Position numbers and translations under genes: made by a program. Shown here one piece after another: positions 51,116 to 63,793 of a stretch of DNA of 64,000 nucleotides (positions within the stretch are counted from its first letter, which is position 1; the number at the start of each line of letters is the position of its first letter). The stretch is from contig JBPGPT010000006.1 of the NCBI GenBank assembly GCA_051047955.1, positions 372,001-436,000 on the forward strand, in the 5' to 3' direction. The DNA comes from Cystobasidiomycetes sp. EMM_F5. Taxonomy: Eukaryota. Under the pieces are notes generated by a model. The model saw nothing but the letters and a program-made list of their open reading frames with translations, searched no databases and was not told the DNA's origin.

Positions 51116-54100
51116 ATGCCTAAACCCTCTCTAGGCCAGAAGCTCTCTGGCAAGCCGAGCAGAAGTTACCTCGGTAGCGGGGCCTTCAGCGAGACTGGCA
51201 GCGTAGCTTCGTACCGCAGCGGCCTCGACAGCTTCACTTCCAACGACGTCTTTGGCTCCAAGCGGAAAGCCGCGGCGGCTGATGGCACCCCACCGGGCTC
51301 GCCGCTCCTTTCGACACCACAGGCAACTCCGTTGAAGAGCAGCCTGCGGTCCAAGCCTCGCGGATCAGCAGCTTCGGATGCGGGTATGGTCTATGGAGCT
51401 TCCCCGACGAGATCGAGCCCGTCAATAGCTTCTCGACTCTTTGGCGCAAGAATGGGTAGCAGCAGCGAGGCCGGGGGAAACCGCAAGTCTGTAGCTTTCA
51501 GCGAGTCGGACCCGTGGGATAGCCAGCCTGTGCCATACAATCCAACAAGCTATGCAAATGGATCCTCTTCTGGGCGTATTGGCAGTCTCTCGTTACAGAA
51601 TGTGACACAGCATGCAGCCTACAGCTCGCCTGTGCGCCGTAGGACACCTTCAATTATGTCGGACGGTGCTGGATCAGTCATATCTGATACCGGATCGATT
51701 TCCCGCAAACGCGGTAGTCGATCTGATGTGATAGTTTCGTCAATGTTGGGCACTAGTCCAAAGCCAGTCTCCCCACTCGCGACCAGTCCGAGTTCAGACA
51801 GGTGGCATAGGACACTGGGTGGAAAAGGAGATTCATTCACGCCAGGACCGCCAGCCTCATCCCGAAGCAATTATTCTTCTCGCTCGCCAAGTAAACTCAA
51901 TCAAGTCACAGACATCATACCCCGAAAGTCTTCCATGCGCAAATCACCATTCGACTTGGGCGACCCACAACCCTCGCGTCGGTACTCCATACAGCCTCCT
52001 GCTGCTGTAGCTGCCAGCGTTCCGGAGGCGCCCATCCCAAACCAGGCATCAAGTACCGCTCCCGCTCCCAATGGAACACCTCTTCTAAGCGTCCCAGAAG
52101 CAGATGACGATGCGATTTCTACGTCGTCTGCCAAATCTTCCACAAGTGGTGGACAATCAGCCGGAAAACGGAAGAAGCCCAAAGCTGCATCACTGACTTC
52201 TGCAGATGATCCGCCTCAAATTGCGAAGCATACTGCAAACGGCACGGAAAGGCCACAAGGCAGTGGTACTGTCATTGAGGAGAATATGTTTGGCAAAGAC
52301 ACCAGGACAAGTAGTACTACTGCGATGCCATCAACCGCGCAGACGTTGCATTCCGAAACATTACGCAACACGTTGCTGGCAGCCACTCCAGTCACCCGTC
52401 CCCAAATTGTCAGGGTGGGTCTGCAATTAAAGCGTCCGCCCGTTTCTTCGCTTGTGTGGCTGACATCAGATTATATTAGAACAAGTCAGCTGAACAAATT
52501 GTTGAGGCTCTCGCTAAAGCTGGCTTACTTGAGCGAGTCATGGAGGTCGTGCAGGAAGCCGATGAGGAGGGTGATACTTCGCTTGATTCGCGGCGGTCCT
52601 CAATGGCCGGCTTACCCAGGAGGAGCAGCGATGACACGATACAGGCGCCTAGTCGCACATACATGCAACAGCCTACTTTCATGGTGACCAGCCCGACTGT
52701 ACCGGATCTATCCACCGATGTCCATCAGACCCAGAATCACGACGTGCATGCCGCGACTAACGAAGCGGAATCTGTCTTGCCCTACGGCATGACGTATACG
52801 CAGCCAAAAGGCGCTAACACTGTGCCGGCTGCGTACACTGTGGTAGACAAAGTTTCCGGAGAACAGGGCACTGCTGTGGTCAACGAACCTCAGTGGGGTG
52901 TGGAGGACGCAAAGGAAGCTCTTCATATGGCGAGTGAGCCTGTTGTAAAGGCAGCCACTGCCGCCGAACAGCCCAAGCAGATCGATCAATCTCCCGCGAA
53001 AGAGTTGCACGGCATGCATGGTGCTGGAAAGGATGGCATCGACCAACAGATGCCGTCAGCATCGAGCCCTGTCATTTCGGCTGCCTCTCGCAAATCTGTG
53101 GATTCGGTGTATTCTACAAACTCGATAGGACAGGAGGCTGATGGGGAAGGCAAGCCTCAGGTCGATGTACCGACCGTCGCTCCGATATTGAATGCGAAAA
53201 ACGAATCGTCTTCGTCTAGCACAGCACCGCTCGAGACGAGCTATGCGGACGGCGAGACGCCTCAGATCGCTTCCTCAAAACCGCACGACTTGGTCTCTGA
53301 ATCGCCGTCTTCTCCGACATCCGAAACTCCAAGGCCAACGTCTCCAAAGAGTCCTCCGCGCCCCACAGCACCCACGCGAGAGGTATTGTCATTGATTGCC
53401 GCTGGATCTTTACCATTGCCTATACCAGGACTATCGCCCTTGCGTCTGGAATCACTCTCGCTCGCCAGCACGACTTCCCCAACCTTCTTCTCTCGCTCTC
53501 TCGCCGGCACTATTTTGGCACATGGTACTGCCACCCAAAGCACCGTCTCAGTACGTCTAACTTCCAATGATTGGCAGAGTCATGAGGAGATACCGGCCTT
53601 AAGTCAGCCGTTAAGTGCAGGCGACGCTGCCGATTTTCATCGGTATTCATTTGTATGGCCAATACCGCCGGGATCACGCTTTACTGCAGTATCCCTCGCA
53701 CTTCGCTTGGACGATGGAAGTGGTGGTTCTTATTGGGACAATAACGACGGTAAGAATTATTCCGCCAAAATTCCGGCTCTTCGTCGAACATCTTCCGTTC
53801 GAACTGCTTCCACTGCCAGCTTTGTATCGGTCATGCAGACGCCGCTCTCTTCTCCGCCGCTTGGCTTCAGCCGTGATGCGAGCACAGTCGAGCACGCTCA
53901 TGACACTCAGAACGCAAACATCGCCCGGATGCTTCCCAGAACGACAGACAGTGCCAGATTTCCAGCGGCGTCTCCGCCGTCGAGCAAGGACCGCGTGTCC
54001 CAGATTACGGTCGATCACAGCCAAGCTAATCAGCAACATGGTGCCACTCTTGGCGAGCCAATCGCACTAGCAGGTGAACAAATACCTGACACGCTAGAAA

Positions 54101-55848
54101 CGCTAGAAAGGTCTTCGGCGGATACGAATCCTACAAGTCAGCGAACCGCAGTCGCATCAATCGGAAATGCGGAACCTGCCCCATCAGCAGAGCTTGTCAG
54201 CGAGAGGCATAGCCATCTTCCCCATGGAGAGCGTAATGATGAAACACAAGGATTGCACCAGGCAGCAACTCCGGAGGGCCATGTACTTGGGCAGACTTCA
54301 GTAGATGGACCTTCAACAAAAAGCGCTGCCACTGAATCTGCCAAGCTACCGAACGGGCATACAGACATTGTCGATTCTAACCACCACGGGACACCTCCTC
54401 TGCTTACGTCACGCAACGCGGACCCGGACACAATCAGAAATGGCAACGAGAAGATGTCAGGTACGCAAGGCCTGCCGATGAATATGAAAGTCGGCGTGCC
54501 TGTCACAGGTACCGAAATAACAAGCAGTATCCCTGCGCCAAGATCCAATTCTGTTATGCGGTCGTTGTCGTTAGCTAGTCCGGTGCCGCAGACGCTCAAC
54601 AAAAGCTTCTGGCGTAATAATACCAATACGAAGCTTCGACAGAACCCACAGGCCCAACCCGCGCCTGCACTCAAGGGCTTTTCCAGTCCTGGCAGTATCA
54701 CATTCAATAGCATGACACCAGTCCCATACCGGATCCGGGGTGACGAGGTGCTCGTCAATGTATATGCGTCTGCAATCGACTTTTGGGATCGGACTAAAGT
54801 CGACGTCCTACGCGGAAGAAGCTCTGGGTACGGCTTCATTCCAGGTCGAGCTTTTGTGGGACGTGTCGTAGATACTGGGTCGGATGTCGATCCACGCCGA
54901 ACGAGGAAAGGCGATTTCGTCTATGGCGTTAGCGAACTGAAGACAGTAAGCGATCTCCGTTTCGTTATCGTGCTATCGTGCTAAATTTCTGATGTTGTGA
55001 CAGTCGGGTGCTCTAGCTGATTTTATGGCTGTGCATAGAGATAATCTTGCAAAAGCACCAAGCGGCGCACTCAGTCTCGAGCAAATTGCTGCCACTGCGC
55101 TTGCTGGCATTCCTGCTTACCAATGCATGGAGGAGTTGTGCAATAATCTTGTGAAAGGGTCGAAGTTGATTATACTCAATGCGCATGAGGGCGTCGGTGC
55201 CATCGCTCTGCAACTGGCTGCGGTTTTGCGACCCGAAAACGACCTGCATATTCTGGCGCACCACCCTCCGGACTTCACGAACGGCAACGCGGTCCTGCGT
55301 GGCTTGGGTGCAAACGAGACTTTAAGTGGTGAAATAACCTCTGCATTAGGGACTCTCAAAGAGTCGGGATACGATGCATTACTCGACAGCGTTGGAGGGC
55401 GCAAAGTGTACGACGCCGGGAAACACGCTTTGCGCAATGATGGCCTTTTTGGTAAAAAGTCATCTCTACACACGTGTATAGGCATTTCTGAGAATTTGCT
55501 TGCAGTCACGACTGTCGGTGATGCGCTGTCCGCTCCAAACGCTAGCGGGCAATGGAAAAAGAATATTAAGGCGCTGTTTAAACGAACAGAGAAGTCAAAG
55601 GCAAGTGCGCGAATGATTTGTTTTGCACGTCACCACTAACATCGACGTGCGGTCAGGCTATCTCATACTGGTTTCCGCAACCGGACGAGCACAATCAAAG
55701 ACTTGCTTTGGATCGATTGCGTGACATTTGCGAGCGAGGTCAGTTGCGGCCGGTCGTCAAGCGCGTGTACAAGTTTGAAGAAGGCGGAAAGGCGTTTGTG
55801 GGTCCCAACGAACAGGCCGTCGTCATGCTGCATCAAAAGACGGGATAA
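51116..55848 (+). CDS. Large protein: disordered region with RVxF motif + CBM21 domain + C-terminal MDR (GroES-like/Rossmann) oxidoreductase
   Basis: Intron 52415-52479 joins the 523-aa and 814-aa ORFs in frame. CBM21 motifs LRLESL...LAGTI...VSVRLTSNDW...YWDNNDGKNY. MDR motifs EVLVNVYASAID, GFIPGRAFVGRVV, GALADF, NAHEGVG, LDSVGG, GQLRPVV. Confidence 0.8.
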
Positions 55849-56055
55849 TACAACACGAGGCCTAGGGCTAAGGGGAGAACATATACACTGCATATCATCA
55901 GTAAACGGGCACGTAACATATAATACTCATGCATCAAGCACATCGTGTTGTCGTTGTCGATTTCGAGCGGAAAAGCTTGCGGAACATACGTCTAGGATAT
56001 GTTGGCCGCCTGCTCCACTTTGCCGTCCCCTCGACTGCGTCAAATCAGCCTCATC

Positions 56056-56568
56056 ATGGCCTCGCCAAACATATACGGCCAGGACCTGCCACCGCCTGGC
56101 GGCTTCGAGGCCATCAGATACAAGCGCAACCTTCCATCCAGAGGGCCTGGCGGTGCCGTCGTTTTTGCGGGAGTCTTCGCCGTCTGCCTGTTCGGGTTCT
56201 GGCGAGTTGGGCAAGGAAACTTGGAAAGACGGTGCGTACATGCTCAGGCAAACCAAGATATGTTCCGCACACTGGCTGAAGTGACAGCGGCGCAGTGAAT
56301 TACAACGGGAGAAAGCCTGGTCGAGGATTCACCTGGTACCGCTGCTGACGGCTGAAGGCGACCGCGATGTCTATCGAAGGTCACAAGCGGCTATGGCGAG
56401 GGAGCGAGAAATTATGAAGGATATTCCAGACTGGGAGGTGAGGCGGAACACTTCTCCAGGTCATCGCCCGCCGACTGAGCATCTGCCGTACTCACATTCG
56501 ACCAACAGGTCGGCAAATCTGTATACAACACCAAACGATACATCGCGCCAAGCATTGTAGTCCTGTAG
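56056..56568 (+). CDS. NDUFA13: Complex I subunit NDUFA13/GRIM-19
   Basis: QDLPPPGGFEAIRYKRNLPSRGP, EKAWSRIHLVPLLTAEGDRD, WEVGKSVYNT. Three exons. Confidence 0.95.
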
Positions 56569-56843
56569 AGCTTCCGGATATCTGTTTCATATGTGCATCA
56601 GCTTCTTAGCTCAGTTTCGTCTGCAAGGCCAATCAAGATGACGGGGCTACGGTGACCGCTGAGCTGCGTTCCGCGCTGAACACCGCATGAAGAGCAGTGG
56701 AGTGACTCTTTAATGATCAAGTGCTTTGCTCGTTATCAACAACATTCACTGCGAACAGCCTGACTACCAAGGACCAGCCGAATGAGATAACGGAAAGACG
56801 TATAGTACTAAGCCGTTTGGCGGCGCCTCATTGGCTGCGAGTA

Positions 56844-59728
56844 CTAACGCCTAGGTGATACTGACATTGCTTCGAAAGAGGCGGAAAAACCATGATTGAG
56901 CGAAGTCTGGTTGTGCCCCAGCAGAGCAGGATCGATCAGGTCGTGCATTGGCACCGACGCGACATCAAATGAGGGCCTGTAAGGTGCAGCGTTCATACTT
57001 GTGGCCATGTAGTCGTCGCCTGCTGAGTCTGAAACAGATGTAGAGACTGCCGAACTATCTTCCGCCTCAGTGTCTGCATCGTCATCTTCGTCGTCTTCTA
57101 CAAAGCCGGAATCCCATGCTCGATAGATATCTGTAATGAAGGTAGCCGATAATGGCAATTTGTACGGGTCGAAAGGGAAATGTGAATCGATTTGCGCTTC
57201 CTTAAGAGTCTGCTTGACCGATACAGAATCTACCGTTGAAGGTTGCGACGTCGAACGAGGGAGAGAAGGGTGCGGTGGACGAGCACCAAGATCATCACTG
57301 CTATAGTTGTCCGATGTCGGTGATGCTGCTATGACTGTATTGCGGCGTGAGCGAGACTGGCGATTGTTGGCGTCGACAATGGAGTGACAGTACATAAAGT
57401 CTGTCTTATGGGCCATACGAGCAAATTGTGTTGTCACGATAGATGAACACATCTGTTCATGGTGCACACGAGCGATCAACGGATGAGGCAAGACAATCAG
57501 ATACTTGACTTACCAGAAGCGGATTGAAACCACTAGTAATGGCTTGCTTGAGAATGTCGAGTTCGGCAACCCATCTGCGCGACGAAGGGACTCCCTCAAG
57601 ATCCTCGATTTCGTGCTCATTCTCCTCGAGAAGATCTCTCCAGCGGAAGCAAAAGATGTAGCATGCCGCCTGGACAACAGCATAAAAGATGACACTGCTC
57701 TTGGCAATCTTATCTGCAGCAGAGGCTGTATGGAAGGAGCTGGGAGCAGATGTTTGCACAGCCATAAGCGCATGGCGGAGCTCCTCCATCTCGTCTTCAA
57801 GGTACGTGCAGAGAAGGCCCATAACCCGCTGAGTGGCGATTCTGTCGATACTTTGTGCGCGCGCCACAAAGCTCGCAACATATCCTGCTGCTGCTGCTCG
57901 TGTCACGATAGGCGTATCTCTGTCGTCTAGCGCTCGGCTGATGAGAGATCCGGTGAAATGGTCTGCAAACTCGGCAGAGAGCGAAGCGTACCAAAAGAAG
58001 ATGAACTGAACGTGGCGCGTCTTGAACGTATGTAATACCTTCTCGTCAAAGATGGTAAGCAGGATGTCGAATATCGTCCGACGCAGGATGGCAACTGTGG
58101 CTGTTGTCATAGTGGTGGGAACCGCATCAACTGCATCAAGGGTGGGAGTCTCGGCATTCGGAGCCAATGATGGATCAGAAGGCGACGTCGGCAAGAATGA
58201 GAAAGCGCGTTCGATGGCAGTCGGTGTACGCGTATTTGAATGGGATGAGGAGCTGAGTCTTTGCAAGAAATCGAAAATCACCTTCATGATGGCATCCAAC
58301 TTTGCCGCCATTTCCTTTAACCGCTTGATGGCTTTCGGTGTCAGCTTCTTCTCCGTAGAACCGGCAGCTACATCTTCGCCACCGTTGTCATTATCCATAT
58401 CGCCCTCATGATCGCTGCCAGACGATATAGCATCCAGGTCTTGACCTTCGTTGTCGGACTCGCTGTCAGAATCATCTTCATCGCCAACAACTCGGTCAAA
58501 TGCATTCTCGACCGTATATCCGAAGACTTCCTGATCGAGCTGACCGTCTTCGTCTTCGAGTTCTTCGACATCGACCTGAATTTCGGTCTGCATGTTGGAC
58601 ATCAGCATATGTCGTTGAGTGCTGCATCAATATTACTCACGTCAATGTCCAAGGCTCGCAAAATGACAGCTCCTAGTACGTTCTCGCCAAGACTCGGACA
58701 GTACTCGATAATCCTGAGAGCATTCGAAATATACACGACTTGCGAATTGCGATTCTCTCGCTTATGCGGGAAGTGCCGGTTCAGTACTGGCCATAGCGTC
58801 GATGGGAGTGTGGGTATGAGATATATGAGTGAGCTGAGCAGTCGATGTAAGCGTTCGTACGTCTGTCGGCGAGTGACAGCATCCGTAAGCTGCTGCGACG
58901 AGCCTTCCGAAGAATATGCAGTGTGAGACTCTGCAGGATAACACCTTTAGTATAAATACACAGCTTCAACTGTGGTGCAGCGTACGGAAGCGGAAGCCTC
59001 TGATGATCTTATCCAGAGCAGATCCGACGAATTCTGACCGGGCCGACAACAGTGCTTGTACGAAGCGGACGTAAGCATTCACGAACAAATCGTCCATTGC
59101 CGTCCACGGCAAAGACGTGATTGCTTCGACCAGGGACGATGTCGAACGGTCGAGTTGTGCGACGTAGTGAGTGAGTGCCTCCAGATAGGCTTTCAACGTT
59201 GCGGATGACGGGGCAGACGCCGTTGAAGTGGAAGCGGAACCAGACGGCCGGCTCGACGCAGCGTTGTCCAACATACTGGTAGGGGAAACTGCCCGGAACT
59301 GCGACACCAATTCGTTGTATGATCCACTTCGACCCTACAAATTCGACGGAAAAGGTCAGTATAGATCTGTCAAGCGATACCGCACCATCTCAGCTCGCCT
59401 TGCGACGTTCTTGCAGAGCGTTGTCGACAAAGGCTAGAAACATGCCGCGAGAATATGGCAACGGAGCATGAGTCGCGCCCATCTTTGCCGGACTCGATGT
59501 GGAAGCCGAGGCGGCAGCAGCTACAAACGAGGCCAGCTTGTTTTTCTTGCGGTTCTGCGACATGTGGGACAGGTCTGGGCTGACGCTGAGTGCCGCTGGC
59601 CGTTTTCCAGGTTTTCCTCCAATGCTGCGGTCCTGATGATGCGCTGATGGCAGAATGTGCCGCGATACGCTGCCCGCCCCGCCAGTAGAAGGTGCACCAG
59701 CGCTTCCAGTGCCCGCCTTACTCACCAT
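56844..59728 (-). CDS. RRN3: RNA polymerase I initiation factor RRN3
   Basis: FPHKRE, YISNALRIIEYCP, DVEIQVDVEELED, KLDAIM, TRHVQFIFFW, AAGYVASFVARA, FYAVVQAACYIFCFRWRDL, FNPL, HFPFDPYKLP. Confidence 0.95.
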
Positions 59729-60077
59729 GCCGCCAGCATGTCCAGTATATCGCCAAGTTGCAGAATTGTCGGAAAAATCTTCGATGTCATGTTTTGAAAC
59801 AGCCCACCCGGGGGAACGCCACAATGTCGGCTTTATATCTTGGACACAGGCCGGTGCTCAGACTTGTCACATTTCCTCGAACGCAGTTTGCAGCTTTGCT
59901 TCTCTCCTCTCTGACAATCAATACTCATCTTGGAAATATTGCCCACGCGTCGAGCATGTCTGGCTAACGAATGACGCAGACGCGCTTAACCCTCTCCACT
60001 CACACGCTCTTTTAGAAAGCCCAGTCCATACTTATCCACACGATATATCCCTTTGACCTTCGCGGTCTGCCCTCACT

Positions 60078-60974
60078 ATGGCTGTCACACAGAATAGGCT
60101 GAGGTACAAGCCATCATCCTTGGTGACCCATTCCTCATCTCACCCAAAAACACGCATCTACTTGGAAGATTCCGCAAGCTACCGGCAGCAACGTCAGCGA
60201 AGACGTTATGGACCATACAAAAGTGTAATTTCGCATAGCTCGCTCGATGGTGTTGATCCGAACTGATATTCGCACTAGCCCTTCATACAGCCGCCTTTCC
60301 GGCTTGGTGTCGAAGCAGCCAAGTGGACGCATGATTTGTTTGCCTTGAACAACCGTGTTGGACCATCCACCCCCTGGCTTAGATCACGCAGAAGAGGCCG
60401 TCGTGGCGGCCGTGCGCGTGCCTCCCGAAACACGATTGACAGTAGCAGTTTGTATCACGCTCCCCATCACGGCCCGCGCTCCATGCCCTCGGATCGTGGC
60501 AGTCAGAATGCTCCTACGTACACACTTCGCTCAATCCTACAGAATCAGCGGATTGTTGACCCAAATCAGCGCGAGATGTTGTATGCTGTCACCGCCTCAA
60601 ATCCGAACCACGCAACCATCTCGCCACTTCCAAGCGGCACAAACACTCAAGTAAAGGATCAATTGGTTCTGACAAATACGCTGATCGACTCGTACGTCCC
60701 CCACTACGCACATCATCCCGACCGCAAGCGAGAAATCAGTGCAACAGAATCCTCCTTCCCTCGCAATTTCTACCTGTCTCACCTGCACACTGAGCAAACG
60801 CAACCTGATCGTACCTCTGCCGTCTGTCTAGAATGGGAAAAGGCATTCTGCGCGTCCGAGGTAACTGAAACGCCTCGATTCTCTTCGACAACACGTAAGC
60901 CGGGCAATGACATACAGGACTCTGGCGCTTTACTCCGCCTGTATGATCATCTCGAGATGCTTCGTCTGCAGTAG
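60078..60974 (+). CDS. Hypothetical WxHD-motif protein related to the gene at 39221-40384; 3' end uncertain
   Basis: Exon 60078-60224, intron 60225-60278 and an in-frame second exon give RRYGPYKSPF...RLG...KWTHDLF, an RG-rich tract and IDSYVPHYA. Confidence 0.55.
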
Positions 60975-61328
60975 TACCCCCGTAGATCGGATGGCTCACT
61001 CAAGGGATAGTACCGACATTGAATCTTGGAAAGCGTTTTAGGAGACGCACCGGTGAACCGATCTGGGCATATAGCTTCGAAAGGCGGCAGACTTGGACGA
61101 AGCCAGAAAATTCGAGCTGAACATCATCGCCTCGCTGGGTCGGGGTCGCAAAGGTGAAGGAGTGATATTGTTATTCTGTGATATGCAGACAACTTCGACT
61201 GAAAGGGACATGAAGTCTTCCATGCAAAGTATAAGAGGTGTGATCAGTGAGCCGGACACGTCAAGTGCATCCCGTTGTAGCACACGGCAGTGATCCGCGT
61301 GGACTATTGTAATAGATACACTAATACG

Positions 61329-62612
61329 CTACCGAAATTTTCCCTTCGGCTGTAAAAGTCCTTTCCGTTTGAAGCGCTCTGCAACAATATCGTCTGTTGC
61401 CATCTGACCTCGCCCAACGTTCCTGCCCTCTTTCTTAAAGTATTCGGACATTTCCGACTCGTACTTTTCGTCCTCGCTATCGTCCTCGATACCAGCCTCG
61501 ATTTTGGCTGCACGAAGAGCGTCGAACTCCGTCTGATTGCCCTTGTTATGCCTAAAGAATCGTGTGCCGGCGTACGTAGAATCGTGATAGTCGGCAAGCT
61601 GGCCGCCTGTACTCGCTGATGCGGACCGTACTTTTTCGCGTACTTCTAGTAACCTCCGCTTGGCTACCTCGGTTGCTTCGATGTTTTTGAGTCGGTTACT
61701 GTAGGACTCGTCAGCTAAGCGCTGCTCTGAGATAAAACCTTGTACTGACTCTATTCCCAAATCGACTTCCGGAATAGCAGTCAACATCGCAGAAGATGTA
61801 GCAACATTGCCCTCATCCACATTAGGCTTTTGTATCCGATACTTTTCCGCAACGCGAAACAACTCATCGCGTGGGTCCAGCTTCTGCATCTCTTTTTCAG
61901 CATCGAACTCTCCCGATTCTTGCCCGCGCCGCTTTTTAAGTTCTTTTTCGATGAATGCCATCATGTGCTTGTCAACATCGACGATTCCAGTCTGTAGAGT
62001 GAAATTATCCGTCTTCATGATCTTGCGCGTGATGGCAGAAGCTTCGTCATCGTCGCCGCTGTCGAAGGTGCATTGTTCAGCACATCACATTCTGTGGGGA
62101 ATTGTATTTGCATAGACGAACCTGTCTCCGTCCCTGCCCGCATCGTTTTTCTTCTGCAAGCCATAGGATTGTTGTTGCCCATCTGCGGCAGCTTTCCGCT
62201 TCTTTCGTTTTGTAGAGGCAGAATCCTGGCTTCCAGCATTGACTTTCTCGACATCGATTCCGACCTTCCGCGTAGATTGGCGTAGTTTCCGTAGGGCTAT
62301 CAGTTCCGCTAAGTTAGCGGGACTTTCCTCTCTGTCTCTATCGTCTTCCTTGTCATCAGCATTATTCCTGACATACAGCATATCCGAAATGCACATCAGA
62401 GATCCGGTTCAAAGTCACCAATTGCCTGCCGGACGTGCACACCTGACTACTCCAGCGCCAGTGCTGGTTCCTTCTCCTTTATCATCTACGCCATCGGGTC
62501 CACTTGTGGCCTCGTTTGCATTGTTTCCAGCCGTCCTGCGACTAGCCGAAGTGCCCGTTGTCTTGCGCTTCTTGAAAACCACGGCTGGAGCAGCTTCTGC
62601 AGCTTCAGACAT
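61329..62612 (-). CDS. C9orf78/Tls1 (hepatocellular carcinoma antigen 59) spliceosome-associated protein
   Basis: LIALRKLRQ...GID, NFTLQTGIVDVDKHMMAFIE.EL, MLTAIPEVDLGI.NRLKNIEATE.AK, ATDDIVAERFK. Confidence 0.9.
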
Positions 62613-62793
62613 AACAGGAACTGTAAAAAAATGCTGGAAGCTTAACAAGTTCAAGTTGGTGCAGAGCGAAGTATCATTCCAATTGCCGTTTTGGTTGGCC
62701 GATTCTTGGATCCGCTCAACTCCAGCAAGGTCACCACGCTCTTGCTTTCCTTGTACTTCCGCTTGTAGTTGCTCAACCCACACTCTTTTCAAT

Positions 62794-63793
62794 ATGGTGA
62801 GCACCGATGTCGCGTTGGAAATCAGGTCAATCTGATAATGTACGACGCAGTCACGAGCAGCGGCCGTTAGTCGGCATTCCCAAAGGGAAATGGGGTAGAT
62901 GAAGCTAATACACGCCTACTGAACCAAAAAGACAACTGATACGTAAATTTATCACAACTTCTAGCCGCTTCGCTTCCACAGCCGCTTTGCGGGCGCAACA
63001 GCGAGCTTTACTGGCTCCCTCGTCACGGTGGCGGAAAGAATGGGTCAAGCCAGCGTCTGCTTCTGGACAGTCTTCATACAAGGTTCTGAAATGGGTCAAG
63101 TTTGATGAAGGCGGCGAGGGTGCGGAAGAAGGTGACCAGCCGACCGAAGAACAGGTCACCGTTGCCATTACTGGCGCTCAGACGCTTTTGGCCCCGCCTA
63201 CCGCTGGCGAAAGCGCGCCAGATACGCCGTCGGCATCCGCCGCAGTTGGTAGTAGTCTTGCCGCAACGCCTGGCGGCTCGTTGCATGTGCCTTCAGTCGG
63301 TGGAGCGACAGGGACGACTACGCCGGGCATATCAACTGGGGCCAATACGCCTACTCTTGTCCCTCCGCCGCCCACCGGGTCACATCCTGTTCTTGGACCT
63401 TCCTCGCTGTCGCAGACCGTAGGATATGCCGCTCGCTCGCCTGTTGCCGAGCTGGCATCGGATCCCGGGGTCCCAGGCGATGAGGCATCGGACCCTGCTG
63501 ACCGACCGCCGACCACAAGGCAAACGGAGAGCCATTCGATTCAGGCTGATCTCGTGCCGGGACGCGAAGACAGGGGCGATGATTTGGAAATGGAAGCCGA
63601 ACAGCGCGAACACGACGTACGTCTTGTGCCGGAATTGGTTGGCGTTGAGGCAAGAGATGCAAGAACTGCGCTTGGTGTGTCTGATTATTTCTCCTATCAA
63701 TGTTAGATCCGCTAAACAATCCTTCCAATAAATCTAGGCATCAGTGACCCAGTTCATGGCGGGCCGCCGGAATTGACAGCGGCTCAAATGTGA
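62794..63793 (+). CDS. Small protein with a BCL7/Rtt102-like WxKxWV...YKVLKWVK motif and a disordered tail; 5' exons uncertain
   Basis: ORF 62987-63706 contains RWRKEWVKP...SYKVLKWVK. A probable last intron 63675-63737 leads to a stop at 63793. Confidence 0.6.

Noticed and set aside
54138..54839. Long antisense ORFs here and over other genes
   Set aside because: Shadow ORFs expected opposite GC-balanced coding sequence.
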